A stretch of DNA of 60,731 nucleotides, the filler included, from Basidiobolus meristosporus CBS 931.73 (Eukaryota > Fungi > Basidiobolomycota), in NCBI GenBank assembly GCA_002104905.1. It is 5 parts of 5 records of this genome, joined end to end, with 100 filler letters (N's around TTAATTAATTAA, not from the genome) between each part and the next. Parts side by side here need not be neighbours in the genome. Positions count along the whole stretch, not along the records: positions 1 to 14,035 come from MCFE01001190.1; positions 14,136 to 23,842 come from MCFE01001318.1; positions 23,943 to 42,231 come from MCFE01001064.1; 2 more parts are not named here. One strand, written 5' to 3'. Shown piece by piece: positions 13,038 through 26,273 of the stretch. The position numbers and the translations under genes are program-made. The first letter of the stretch is position 1. Each line of letters begins with the position of its first letter. The notes under the pieces were generated by a model. The model made no database searches and had not been told where the DNA came from. It saw only the letters and a list, made by a program, of their open reading frames with translations.

Positions 13038-14035
13038 TGTAGTGGGGTGACAGTGACACCCACTGACAGATGTGCTCATTTCCTTCTTTTCTACTTTCCT
13101 ATATCTCTACTTCAGTTATTTTAGTTTTATCCCATTTGTCTTACCCAATCAGTACTATCCCATAAGCTGGTTGACTATCACACCTGCTTACCTTATTGCA
13201 TAAGTTACCCCTCACTTTATGTAGATTACTAGCTATAAGTGCTTTTATATTAGGCAAGTACCCACGCCAGTACCCGTGACACATGATCAACCCGTGTTAC
13301 CATCCCTACCATTTCCATACCATATATGGTATCCCCATGTTACACAGGTTTCAGAATACTGATTACTGATTGGTTGGATGTGCTGTGCCTCTTAGAACCT
13401 TCCGGCACCTACTTAGAACCTCCTTAGGTCATTCTGATGTCATTAAGATTTCTATTGATATTTGGAACCTTCTGGAACACCATGATTAGTAATTACTTAG
13501 CTAGTAAGAAAAGTATATAAGGGAGGCTATCCCTCAACAATAAATCATCATCCTTTTTATCAATATACCAACTTGTTGATTAGTGTGATCACTGCTACCT
13601 GCTGCTACCTGAACTTCCAACCCCAGACCACAGGACACTCCCAGGAAACCACGCTGACAGCCAACTGACCTTGGAGGCACTACTTGTGAGAACACTCAGA
13701 GTAGGTATTTTATTATATTTGATTCTTTCCCAAGTTTGTTCTTGTACACGGCAAAGATACTTTTCTGTCTTTGTAACTATTGACCACAGCTGCATTCTTA
13801 TCAAGTCCCTGCTGGTGGAGTTTACAGTTGTTTTGACTTTGGAAGCTTTAGTACATTGTCATCTCAAAGGATGCTGAACCCAGCACATACTTTTGTTAAG
13901 ACGCCAACTAAGTGGGGATATAGCTCAATAGTTTTCCCTTGACAAGCTTGTGGCTTATTCCCCTTCACATTAGATTAGAGACAGAACCCAAGTATTCCTA
14001 GCAAGCTTTTGCCAGAGGTTATTGCACCCAGTGAA
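13038..14035 (+). mobile_element. LTR of the 804-bp family, truncated by a gap
   Basis: Starts TGTAGTGGGG. Shares GGCAAGTACCC..CAGTACCCGTGACACATGA and GAGGTTATTGCACCCA with 46835-47638. Confidence 0.7.
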
Positions 14036-14135
14036 NNNNNNNNNNNNNNNNNNNNNNNNNNNNNNNNNNNNNNNNNNNNTTAATTAATTAANNNNNNNNN
14101 NNNNNNNNNNNNNNNNNNNNNNNNNNNNNNNNNNN
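14036..14135. other. Artificial contig spacer (44N-TTAATTAATTAA-44N)
   Basis: Seen directly; the 12-mer gives stops in all six frames. Confidence 0.97.
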
Positions 14136-14600
14136 ACTTACTTATCTGAATGGTCTTTTCTCATCAATTGTATCACTACCACTGGATTTCTGTTAACATA
14201 TTAGAGAAGAACAAAAAAAAAGCTGAAGCTCTATGATGAGATATTCAATCCTTTCAGAGCAAGGGTAGAGTATATGTATAGATATCTAAAGAAATTCACC
14301 ATGCTGACAGCTTAATACAGAGGAAAGTTATATATAGGAGAAAACAGCAGAATAGGTAAAATAGCTAAGATATATATTAATGCACAGTATATTCATTCAC
14401 AAAGACATCCAATAAGAGAAATATGTCTAGAGTATTAACAAGAGTAAATACAGCAAGAAAAGCACTGTTATGAGCAACATAAGAAATATTGAGTAAGAGT
14501 ACCAGTAACTCTATACTACCACATGCATAATAGCGGAAATTAGTGCGTCAGATAGTGCTGTAGAGTGCTAGATTGATCCTGCACTATAGATAGGCTAGCT
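14136..14600 (+). pseudogene. Deleted, degenerate copy of the PHIS DDE transposase and subterminal region
   Basis: ACTTACTTATCTGAATGGTCTTTTCTCATC and GCTCTATGATGAGATATTCAATC match the reverse complement of 27120-27150 and ~26480-26500. Confidence 0.75.
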
Positions 14601-14619
14601 TTAAGTGGCCCTATCCAAT

Positions 14620-15922
14620 GAAATAAGCCAAATATATTCCTTCTCACTGCCAAAATCTAATCCTGCTTTCATGTGTGCTCTGGCTCTTGTTTATGTGAAT
14701 TCCATAATGAGTGGTGCAGATATTGGCTTCTGACCCAGAGTAACCCTACATACTCTGGTAAGTTTATTGTAATAAAGTTTAGTTGTATATTACACCCTGT
14801 CTAGCTTTTCATTACTTGACTGATTACCTGTGCAGTGACGCTGTTTAGCTACTTAATACAAAAGGTACAGAAGTTTCCTTGTGCACATCTGTCCTTATTA
14901 TTTCCCAACATTTCCTGGCAGTCCTCTATGTTCCAACTCATCATATCAATAACAGACTTGAAGATTTTATTTTTCATGACATTGACAAGAGGTAGTACCT
15001 GCAACTTAACTCATCTTGCTATCTTCTTACTCATCCACAACATAGAAAACTCCCATAACAAGACGTAAAGCCCAATATTCTCCCCATACCACACATGATG
15101 GATTGAGAATGAATGCAGTAGTGGCAGAGATCTATGTGTCCAGCTTTTTGCTTGTAGTATTGCTGCTCAGTTCCTGTTACAAATTTCTTTCATAAAAGCT
15201 ATAAATGCAATAAGTCGGCATTGGTGATTGGCTTCTGGATAAATATTCCTACAATGTCAACATATGACTGCCTATACTTCAATATACTCCTGGTAGAAAT
15301 GGCTTTGGAAGGCCACCTAAATAAGTATATATCCAGCTCATCCACTCCTTGTATTTATACTGTTGCATATTAATATGAATACTGATTGGAGCCCACAAGC
15401 AGTACTTTCAATAACAGATATTTTGTAATAACTTGCCATTTCTTTCATATTTTTATGGTGTCTCAAAGGGCTCATTCAGCATGATATGCCCCATGTATTT
15501 TTTCCCTCTTCTCTGATGGCATTGATTGAAAGTAGTCTTCTCCACGGAGCTAACAGTTTGACATTCAACAATGTATTGCAATTAAATAACTTTTTTGTCA
15601 ATACACATATGAATTTACAACAGTCTTGTATTTAAGACATTACACCTATGCAGTATACAATTTCATGATAATCCACCATAGTAGCCATTATAAACTGGTT
15701 GTGGCACTACATATACATGATATGTAGCACTATTACCCCCTTAGTTTGACTCACCTCCATATTTATGCATCCAAAAAATGCAAAGTTGCCTGATTCCCAA
15801 CCAACCCCACTATTGACAGCATTAGAAGAATGATTGGACAACTGCTTGCTTTGACATTCAGTGCAACAAGCAGTGCTGCATCCAATAGACATCACGTTGC
15901 CAGCGTACCCACTGAAGATATT
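14620..15922. mobile_element. CACTA-like fragments (transposase minus strand; accessory region)
   Basis: 14620-15420 matches the reverse complement of 800-1620; 15700-15922 matches the accessory-gene start region (4800-5050 type). Confidence 0.6.
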
Positions 15923-18900
15923 TGTTACAAGTTTAGGTATAGGAGTTGTAGAGGAATACAAGTTGAGCTAATATTGAATTCACTAAAGCTTGAACTGATT
16001 TTCATCAAGGTTCCAGTAGCTCCTTATATACATTTTACCCAATCTATTGATGAATAATTATATTTCCTTATGTAGGTTGTGGCTGATGACTCATTTGATT
16101 GCATCATTATCACCCAATATGATCCTACATAATAATAATAATAATAATATTGATATATAAGTGTCATATACTGATAGGCTAAGCATATAACTAATTGGTT
16201 TGACTAAAAACTGATCTAACTTAAATGTTCATGCAGTATGTCATCACTCTCTTCCATACTAAAGTTGAGAGGGTGCTCCTGAATCTCTTTTCTTGTGATA
16301 CCAATATCTTGATGGTTCAGTGTTACCGGTAATCTTACAAGCTTGAGTCTGTCCCAATGCACTAAGTCTTCCCAGATATTGCCATATTTGTCCACCAGTT
16401 GGTAAGTTGCAAATGGACATTCTCTGATGATCTCAAATGGTCTTGTCCATTGCGGCTCATACCTCTTCCAAGTGTTGTTTCTTAGCAATACAAAGTTCCC
16501 AACTGCTAATGCTTCTGGTGCTATAGCCTTATTGAAACTCAGCTTCATGTTTTGTGGACTTTGAGATACTTTGGTCTGTGCCTCTTGACATCAGTGTTCC
16601 AGCTGCTGGTGTCTACTTGGTTGACTTAGTTCATCTTCCAAGGTGGCAGTAAGCTTTGGTTGTGTGAGATCTCCAGGAATCCTTGGTTCACATCCATACA
16701 CTAAGTAAAATGCCAATTGTTGGATGGTGTTGTGTACTCTGACTCTGCATACAAAAAGTGCTTGATCTAAATATTCATTCCATCAGCTGACAACTCCTTT
16801 GCATACATGGTCAGCATTCTTCTAAATAATCCATCAAACTTCTCAGTGACTCCATTAGTTCTGGGGGATATGCTAAGGTTTTCAAGTGTTTGATCTGCTT
16901 CATTCCCGGGTTGGCTTCCAATGTCTTTGCCATAGAGTTTGCACCTCCATTGGATAGAGTCTCTACAGAGCATCTAAACCTCATAAGGATCTCATGGTAG
17001 ATGAAACTTCCAACTTCTTGTTCACTGGCTATAGGTACATCTCTAGCCACTGGCCATTTGGTGGCATGGTCAATTGCTACCAGGATCCAATGGTTGCATT
17101 TCCTGGTAGTTGGCAGTCTTCCAATAAAGTCAATTCCCCATCTTTCAAATGGTCTTACAGGCTCCAAGGGAAAGAGTCCAGCAAATCTCTGTGGTTGGGC
17201 TTGGTTGATTTGGCAATTTGGGCATGTTTTCACCAGCTTCTCAATATCTTGTTTCATTCTGGGCCACCATGCTCTGGCTTTCACAAGGCAATAGGTTCTT
17301 TCAATTCCAAGATGTCCATATCCATTGTGTAGCTTATGTGTTAAATCCAGGCAAGAAACATTAGTGCAATAGGCAATAGGGCTTCCATCAACAATTTGGT
17401 AGAGTGTTTCATCCTGTACTACAAATTTGCTGGCTTCATCCTGGATTATCTTCTTGATAACTTCATCCACTGCATTAGGAATGGCTTTGTCCTGCAAGTA
17501 CTTTGGTAATAGGCTAGGCCAATCTGATTCATGCACCAAGCTGAGTTGTGCAACTTGTTCTAGTCTAGATAAGGCATCAGCAACTGTGTTGTTTTTCCCA
17601 GGGCTGTAGACAATCTCCAAATCAAATTGCTGAATGTATTCACTCCATTGTGTCATTCTTCTAGAGAGTACCTTCTGAGTAAATATATACTTGAGGGAGG
17701 CATGATCAGTCTTCACAGTGCATTTGATTCCTTCAATATAGCAACTCCATGTCTTCAAACAGTGTATTATAGCAAGCATCTCCTTCTCATGCACTAGATA
17801 TTTTTGTTCTGCTGAGTTCAGTTTGTTGGATTCAAAGACAACTGGGTAGTTCTTTCACTTGTGTACTTGGCTCAACACTCCACCAATTGCATAATCAGAA
17901 GCACCTGCACACAGAGTAAACTCTTTTCTGAAGTCAGGTAATCTTAAGCTTGGTATCTTAGCAAATGCATTCATGAACATCTGGAAGGCAGTCTCACAAG
18001 CTCTATCCCATTTGTAGGTGTTGTCCTTCTTGAGGATATCAGTTACAGGAGCTGCAATACTTGCAAAGGACTCAACAAATCTCTGATAACAGGAAACCAT
18101 TCCAAGGAATGATATGAGCTCTGATATGCTATGGGGCTGCCTCAGATTCTTGATAACTTCAACCTTCTTAGGGTCTAAGGTTACTCCTGTGCTAGTCACT
18201 ATGTGTCCCAGATTTTCAATATGTTCCTTGGAGAATTCACCCTTGGGTAGCTTGCCATTAAGTTTGTTCTCTCTCAGCTTCTTCAAGACCTTTTCAATAT
18301 GTACCAAGTGATCCTCCTCTGTCTTGCTGTATATCATTATATCATCTAGGTAATTATCACAAACCTGTTAAGTACTTGTGGAAGACAGTCTGCATTGGGG
18401 TCATCAATGTTGCAGGGGCATTGGTGAGGCCAAAACTCTTGACTAAGTACTTGTAATGTCCATATCTGGTCCTGAATGCTGCCTTAGGGATGTAATCTGA
18501 CTTCATCCTGATCTGGTTGTATCCTGATATGAAGTCAATCCTGCTGAAAATAGTGGCTCCATTGAGATGGTCCAAAAGCACATCAATCCAAGGTATGGGG
18601 TACTTATTCTTCATGGTAACTGAGTTGAGGGCTCTGTAGTCAATGCACATCTTAAGTGTTCCATCCTTCTTCTTCACAAAAAGTCTGGTGCTCCCCAAGG
18701 TGACTTGCTGAGTCTGATGTATCCTTGATCCAGTAACTGATCTATTTGTCACTTCATTTCCTCCAATTCCAATGGACTCATTCTGTAAGGTGTCTTGCTC
18801 ACTGGAGGGCTATCTTGTGTTTCAATGGCATGATCCACATCTCTGACTGGTGGTATGCCTACAAGCTCATCTGGAAATATGTCTGAATATTCCTTCAAAA

Positions 18901-20813
18901 GAGTCTGGACCTTGTGGTGTACTGGAGTAGAGGAATCCTCCTGTAATACTGCCATGAGGAACATCTGGGTGCCTTTTCTTAATGCTCTACAGAACTGTGT
19001 CTTGCTAAGTTCACCTGTCTCACACACACCGGAATTGACCAAGTTGAAATCCAGCCTGGCAGGTAATAGCTCATAGGTCTTGTTGTCTTTTTGGATCTGA
19101 GTAGCATGGGTTCTCCAGTTGATTGATGGATTACGGCAAAATAGCCAGGTTTTTCCAAGTACAAGGTCAAACTAGCAGTTCCCAAATATACAAGCCTGTA
19201 GGTCTTCTTCATAGTCATTGATCTTCATTCTTACTGGCTGAGTAATATGGTTGATTATGTGAGAGTTCCCATCAGCTGTTGAGACTGAAGTTGATATGGT
19301 GGGTTCCAACCTGATTCCAGCTTTCAAAGCAAACTACTCTGACATGTACTCTTGCAATGCTCCTAAGTCAATCATGATCTTGGCAGGTACTCCATTGATT
19401 ACTCCATTCAAGTATAATAGCTTTCCTGAGTTTGAGGTCATCTGGGATAGGTATTCTTCTGTCACATGGAAGGGGAGTTCTGAGTCTTCTTCAAGTTCAT
19501 CCTCCATATTACTATGATCCAGGGCTTTAATACGGCTAAAGGTTCTTGATGGCTGGTGCTCATTTCGTCTCTTAGGGAAGTACTTTGCAATATGCCCCTG
19601 CTGGTTGCAATTAAAGCAAAGTCCTTTCCTCTTACAATCCTCTCAGGTAGGATTCTTCTGCATAGCATCTATTTCCATTGGCACTGCTTCTGATTGTCTT
19701 CTTTTATAGTAATTTTTGCCTCTCTGATTAGTCATTGCGGGCTTCCCAACACTACACATAGCTGAGTCATAGTCAATGGCAATCTTGATACCTTCTTCAC
19801 TAGTTGGAGGTCTTTGATAATTCACTTCCATACATGTTCTTTCTTTCAACTCATCAATGAAGTATTCAACTTGATTTAGAGGGTCCATTCTTGCAATTTG
19901 TCTAAGTAGACATCTATATTCATAGATGTACTCTTAGACCATTCCTTTTTGTCTGAGTGTCTTCAACTTTCTTCTTGGCAGTGTCTGTTGGTGTGAGGGC
20001 TCAAAGGCATCCTGAATTTCTGACACACACTCACCCCAAGTAGAGATTGTAGAGCATCCCATAATGGTGGCTGACCTGATCTTGTTGTATTACCACTGTA
20101 AAGCTTCATCCACCAGGTAAGAGGCTGCATTGTTTAACTTACTTTCTGGAGCAATTCCCTAAGCCTTGAAAGCTTCTTCAATTTGGAAAAGCCAAGTTTC
20201 CAGGTTTTCATTGGGTCTACCATAGTACTGGTTGACCTTCACACTAAAGTTGCTCTTGACAGGGTTTTGCTGGTTTTGGGCCATGGTAGTCATTCCTTGT
20301 TGCTGCTGGCTAAGGATCTGGAGTAATTGTTGCTGCTAGGCCAGGATTTGTTGCATAGCATTGTTCCATTCTTGATTTTTGGACATTTTGAGGGAGGCTT
20401 CTTCTTTCTTCAGGAGGGAGGTTTCTGGTTATTGCTGCTACTAATGTTACAAGTGTTGGTACAAGAGTTGTAGAGGAATATGGAGTCTAGATGGTATTAT
20501 ATTCACTAAAACTTGAACTGATTTTTATTAAGGTTACAGCAGGTCCTTATATACATTGTGCCTGATCAATTGCCGACTAATTGTATTTCCTAATGTGGGC
20601 TGTGGCTGATGACTTATTTGATTAAATCATCATCACCCAATAAGATCCTACTTAATATATCTACTTCTGTCAGATAAGGATCTGCTGATTCATTTGCTGA
20701 CTAATGCTACTGATCTGATAGAAAATACAAATATACAGATAAGCAAAACATATAACTAATCAATTTAACTAGAAACTGATCTAACTTAAACATTTAAGTG
20801 GTAGATTATAACA
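15923..20813 (-). mobile_element. Ty3/gypsy family A, copy A1 (full length, pseudogenised gag-PR-RT-RH-IN)
   Basis: LTRs 15923-16246 and 20445-20813 (TGTTAC..ATAACA); decayed tRNAiMet-type PBS; PPT at 16247-16255. Motifs: zinc knuckle CFNCNQQGH, protease [21 protein letters not shown], integrase WGIDFIG, GPY/F WTRPF. Confidence 0.93.
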
Positions 20814-21272
20814 ATAGCACTCCTCCATACTTGATTTTCTGACATCACGGGGGAGGGTTCTTCTTTCTTCATGAGTGAGGTTTCTGACCATTGCTGCTAC
20901 CAATGTTACAAGTCTTGGTATAGGAGTTCTAGAGGAATAGAGAGTTTAGCTAGTATTGTATTCACTAAAACTTGAACTGATTTTTATTGAGGTTCCATCA
21001 GCTCCTTATAAACATTTTGCGATATCAATTGCTGACTAATTATATATCCCAATGTAGGTTGTGGCTGATGACTTATTTGATTGCATTATCATCACCCAAT
21101 AAGATTCTACTTAATATATCTATTTCTTTCTGACAGGGATCTGTTGATTCATTTGCTGACTGATGCTACTGATCTGATATATATTTGTGATATACTGATA
21201 AGTTAAAGATATAACTAATTGATTTGACTAAAAACAGATCTAACTCAAATATTCAAGTGGTATATCATAACA
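20814..21272 (-). mobile_element. 90-bp internal remnant (PBS + PPT) plus a third family-A LTR (20904-21272)
   Basis: PBS TGGTAGCAGC on the minus strand at 20893-20902; PPT-like CTCCTCC near 20820; LTR TGTTACAAG...TCATAACA. Confidence 0.85.
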
Positions 21273-22880
21273 TAATAATGTGGACTTCTCAAGCTCCCAG
21301 CAAAGTAGGCAAATGAGAATATCTGCAGAGCTGCAAGTTGACCATAGTGTTCTGGCAGATGAGAATGCAGCAAATGCAGTGCCCTTTGTTGAACACTAGC
21401 TAGTGGCCTTCTTAAAATAGCCACCACCCATATTAGTAATATGCTTGGGTATAAAGATCACAGTCTCTCCCTTGCATGTTATAATATATTTTTCTCTGGG
21501 TTTTACCTTTGGGCACTGTTGTTGTGCCACCAATATTTTATGTTGTTACTCTGCTGTTATACTGGGAAATGGTACAGCTCTTCACTGTGAGATAGAGCAA
21601 CTTGAGTTCCTTTGTTGCAGCATAGATACTGAGTTCTCTGCCTAGGATATTGATTGCTTAACACTTATTCTCCACTCTTCCTCTCTATGTTTCCTCATTT
21701 CTCTGGTCCATCTTTGGTATGTACTAACAACATACTTGCTAATAATGGTGATGCTGATGTCATGACAGTCATTTGCTGGTACTCTACTAGAGGCACTGTG
21801 TTTTCTACATTTTCATCTGCTTGAGCATAAATATGAGCTTGTTGCTCAACAGAGACTCTTAGTTGCCTTTTTGACTGGGAGCCTGAGGAGTACACATTAT
21901 AACCTTCATTGGGCACACTATCAGCAGGGATTTTTTGCATGTGGCCCTGCTTGTTGCAGTGAATGCCATAGCAAGCTGTTGTCCAACTGTTCTTCTGCTG
22001 CTGTTTCCAGTGCAGTTTGGCAGGGAACCAGACTAATTTGCTATAATATTTGCAACAATACATATGGAAGAGTGTCAGACCAAATGGGAGATTATGTTGT
22101 GTATTTATATGTATTTGATGTCATAGCTTTATTTATAATGCACACAATGGTAGTATGCATTGATTATTACAATTATGTAGGTGCAATATTTCAAATGCTG
22201 GACTGTCTTAAAATCAAATGAGTATTGAAAAAAAAGTGATATAACGGAGTTATGGTGTTGAGTGTCAAGCTGTTTGCCCATGAACAAGACTACTCTAATA
22301 CAATAGCATAAGAGAAGAGAAGAACTTCCATGTGGTTATTGTGGCCAGCCTATCAGCTATGAAGTACACAAAAAGTTCAAGAAGTATTACAGCTTCATGA
22401 CCAGTGTTTTGCTACACAAATCTTATTTGAGCACACATCAGTCACTATTATGCTAACAATACTATACTGGCCACTTGATACTTCTCTAATGGCACCCAGC
22501 CATACCTGTTACCTTGCTCAGACCAGCTTAGGTGAGTATGTGGCATCTTTTGTGTCACCTCAGCCTTTGGAATATGACCCACAGAGGGATAGCTCTTAGG
22601 ATGAAAGCTAAATGACGGATTGTGAGTCCATTCTCCACACAGTAGCACCCTGTATGGGCCTAGCAAGATCATTATATGCAATGAGATAACATAAAAGGAA
22701 TATTAGTTGAGGATAGTATAAGGAGTCAAGCAAGCCCAGTAATCCATATACTGCTAAGTGATGTGATGATATGGCTAGTGAAGTGGTGTGTCACCACAAA
22801 TTCAGTAATGGGGGCTTGGGGATTTACTGCCATTTCCTACCAAAATTTTTCCAAGATGCAACTTACCATATATATGGTAC
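21273..22880. mobile_element. CACTA-like relic (accessory region and transposase N-terminus)
   Basis: Colinear with 4650-5700; ORF 21695-22063 resembles 4613-4825. Confidence 0.6.
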
Positions 22881-22884
22881 AAAT

Positions 22885-23065
22885 GGACTGTTGGAATTTA
22901 CTTCAAATAACTTCACCAGATTATCATGTACCCAAAACATGAAAATTCTCAAAGTTGTCCAAACAGCCCCAAACTTTGCACACATGTTCTTGGGACCTTC
23001 CTTAACCTATTCTACATGTTTGTGATGCCAAGACCATGTAATACTATGAATGCTACGCTTACATT
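22885..23065 (+). mobile_element. Partial copia-family LTR interrupted by gypsy A2
   Basis: CATGAAAATTCTCAAAGTTGTCCAAACAGCCCCAAACTTTGCACACATG is identical to the 348-bp LTR at 3489-3836. Confidence 0.85.
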
Positions 23066-23842
23066 TGTTATGATCTGCCGCTTGAATGTTTAAGTTATAT
23101 CAGTTTTTAGTCAAATTAATTAGTATATGTTTTGGTTATCAGTATATCAGTTTTATCTATCAAATCAGTATCATTAGTCAGCAAATGAATCAGCAGATCC
23201 TTATCAGACAGAAATAGATATATTAAGTAGGATCTTATTGGGTGATGATGATGCAATCAAATAAGTCATCAGCCACAACCTACATTAGGAAGTACAATTA
23301 GTCAGCAATTGATATGGCAAAATGTATATAAGGAGCCGCTGGAACCTCAATTAAAATCAGTTCAAGTTTTAGTGAATACAATACTGGCTAAACTCCCTAG
23401 TCCTCTACAACTCTTGTACCAAGACTTGTAACATTGGTAGCAGCAATAACCAGAAACCTCTCTTGTGAAGAAAGAAGAAACCACCCTCAAGATGTTGGAC
23501 AATCAAGAATGGAAGAATGCCATGCAGCAAATTCTGGCCTAACAGCAACAGTTACTCCAGATCTTTGGCCAACAGCAACAAGGAATTACTACCATGGCTC
23601 AGAGCCAGCAAAGCTCTGTCAAGAGCAACCTTAGTGTGAAGGTCAACTGGTACCATGGCAGAGTCAATGAAAACCTGGGAACTTGGCTCTTTCAGATTGA
23701 AGAAGCTTTTAAAGCTAAAGGAATTGCTCCAGAAAGCAAGTTGCATTATGCAACATCTTACCTGGCAGATGCAGCTTTACAGTGGTACCACAACAAGATC
23801 AGGTCAGCTACTATGATGGGATGCTCTACAATCTCTACCTGG
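23066..23842 (+). mobile_element. Ty3/gypsy family A, copy A2: 5' LTR (23066-23433), PBS and gag start, cut by a gap
   Basis: TGTTATGA...GTAACA; PBS TGGTAGCAGC at 23435-23444; gag ORF from 23594 (NENLGTWLFQIEEAF..LADAALQWY). Confidence 0.92.
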
Positions 23843-23942
23843 NNNNNNNNNNNNNNNNNNNNNNNNNNNNNNNNNNNNNNNNNNNNTTAATTAATTAANN
23901 NNNNNNNNNNNNNNNNNNNNNNNNNNNNNNNNNNNNNNNNNN
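23843..23942. other. Artificial contig spacer
   Basis: 44N-TTAATTAATTAA-44N. Confidence 0.97.
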
Positions 23943-24486
23943 AGAATTGAGAATTGTAACAGTACAGACCACTGAAAGATATCAAGCGTTTGTGATAGGT
24001 CCATTATGGGACCATTGAGAAACCATGAAGACACCATTAAGTTTTCTATCAGAAGTGGAAATTCCAATGGCATAAGTGGCTGAAAGCAAATGGATTCTGT
24101 GATAAGGTCATTGTGCAGCCATTGCAAACATTACAGATAACTTTGAGAAGCTGTTAAGATTTGCTGAGGGTATTTGACATGTACCACTAATATAGGGCTG
24201 TCAAGGCTATGTGAGAAGTCTGCTGAACTCCATGTTAACAGGATTCATATGGTTCCATTGTAGGGTCTTTGCGGAGTGATCTAGACCTAATCCACTCAAA
24301 ATGTCAAAATATCTTTCATAGGAATCTAGGTATGCCTTCTGTATTGCTTGTTCCAGTACTAGTGCTGTTTACTGGACTGTGGACCAAAGAAAGCTGCCAA
24401 GCTACTAGACTTAGGCTTGTGCTTCTTACAGTACTTGGCTAGTGATGTGTGGATATTGTGATTGTCTATGATGGCATATTATATAG

Positions 24487-24835
24487 TGTTGTAAGAGTCT
24501 TGGAGATATTGGAAGTGATTGGGAGGACAAGTAAATTATGTGGTTTTCACTTAATGATTTACTGAATGTAAAAGTAGTAATTGTACTTTTACCTGGTCTT
24601 GGTATTACAAACATGTAGAATACGTCAATGCAGGTCCCAAGAACATTTGTGCAAAGTTTGGGGCTATTTGGACAACTTTGAGAATTTCCATGTTCTGGGT
24701 ACCTGGTAATTTGGTGAAAATATTGTAAGTAAATCCCAACAAGGATTTGGGTCAGTATTTTCTAGGATTTGAGGGTAATGATCTAAGAGACTAAGTTAGG
24801 TGAATATTTAGGTGGAATTACAAATTTTTACAACA
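24487..24835 (-). mobile_element. Solo LTR of the copia family
   Basis: TGTTG...CAACA; 5-bp TSD TATAG on both sides; reverse complement of 3489-3836. Confidence 0.9.
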
Positions 24836-24912
24836 TATAGAAGTGCATGAATGCAAATAGTATGTAGTGTGACCTATGTTTTGGTAGGGGGTTGTTCCAA
24901 TTTATATATGTT

Positions 24913-25645
24913 AGACTTGTTTCGTTGGATAGTGCCACATTGAGCCATGAGTGCCAAGTGATGCCATAGTGTGCCAGAGAGGTCAAGTGAGCCTATACTT
25001 GGCCACAGAGTGTGAAACATAGCTCTGTATCTTCATGTAAAGCAGCCCCTGTGTTTCACCCATTGCGCAGGAGAAAATCCATTTTTTGACCTTTTTTTGT
25101 GGATCAATGTAGCTCAGGATGTGTGAGAGCACAGGAGAACTGAAGATATGCATCTGGTACTCAATACCCATGGCACTCTGAATCTAGCTCCTGTGGCTTG
25201 TATCATGTCGCAAAAATGAATGGCACTATCTTGGTCCACTGGTACTATCTGGCACTATATTTAAATATTAGCCCTAAAGTAAGAACTATACAAAGCACTG
25301 ATAGTGCCAGATAGTACCAGTGGACCAAGATAGTGCCATTCATTTTTGCAACATGATACAAGCCACAGGAGCTAGATTCAGAGTGCCATGGGTATTGAGT
25401 ACCAGATGCATATCTTCAATCTGCTTGTACTCTATCATATCCTGCACAACATTGATCCACAAAAAAAGGTCAAAAAATAGATTTCTCCAACACAATGGGT
25501 GAAACACAGGGGCTGCTTTGCATGAAGATGCGGAGCTATGTTTCACACCCTGTGGCCAGGTAGAGGCTCAATTGGCCTCTCTGGCACACTATGGCATCAT
25601 TTGGCACTCATGGCCCAATGTGGCACTATCCAACGGAACAAGTCT
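24913..25645. mobile_element. Foldback MITE of the PHIS family (~346-bp inverted arms, 42-bp spacer)
   Basis: 24913-25258 is the reverse complement of 25301-25645. Ends AGACTTGTT(T/C)CGTTGG match the TIR of 26091-29491; 3-bp TSD GTT. Confidence 0.9.
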
Positions 25646-26273
25646 GTTATTTATTATAGCTTTAAATCATAATATCTTGAATTGTCATAGGGTCAACAAC
25701 TCATATATGAGACTGTCTAAAATCTGCAGGATATCCAGATGAAAAAAGATATATTTGAGCTATAATGCTGATCTAGGTTCAATTTCCCCTTTTGGGCACA
25801 ATTGCTCTGATGTCACAGGATAAAAAAGAAAAAAAAGACCAAGTTAGTACTGTAACCAGCATCTCACCCATGAGGCACAGTGCCAGCACAGAAAAAACTG
25901 TTGTGATTTAAGAAGTGATTTGGATATAAGGAACTTATCAAGAAATAGTGATAATAGTTGAACTGTTGTTTCTTCATAAAGAAGCTTGGTATTTATACCT
26001 TTGTAGAAGTAATACAGCTGTAACACTAAGTAAGGAGGGTTTCTCAATATTCAGGAGCATTCTGTAACAGTTTCAGGGTAAGTACATAATAGACTTGTTC
26101 CATTGGATAGTGCCACATAGTGCCAGCCTGCTTATAGTGCCGGATCAATCTGGCACTCTACAGCACTATCTGGCACTATAATTTCTACCATGATGCCAGT
26201 GGTATGATACAGTTACTGGTAATTTTACTCAATCTTACTTATGTTGCTCAGAATAGTGCTTGCCTTGCTTTAT

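Noticed and set aside
14036-14135. TTAATTAATTAA palindrome embedded in Ns, repeated four times
   Set aside because: Identical 44N-12-44N layout with six-frame stops: an assembly spacer, not biology. ORFs shown running into it are artefacts.
16130-16150. (AAT)n run
   Set aside because: Simple microsatellite expansion inside a decayed LTR.
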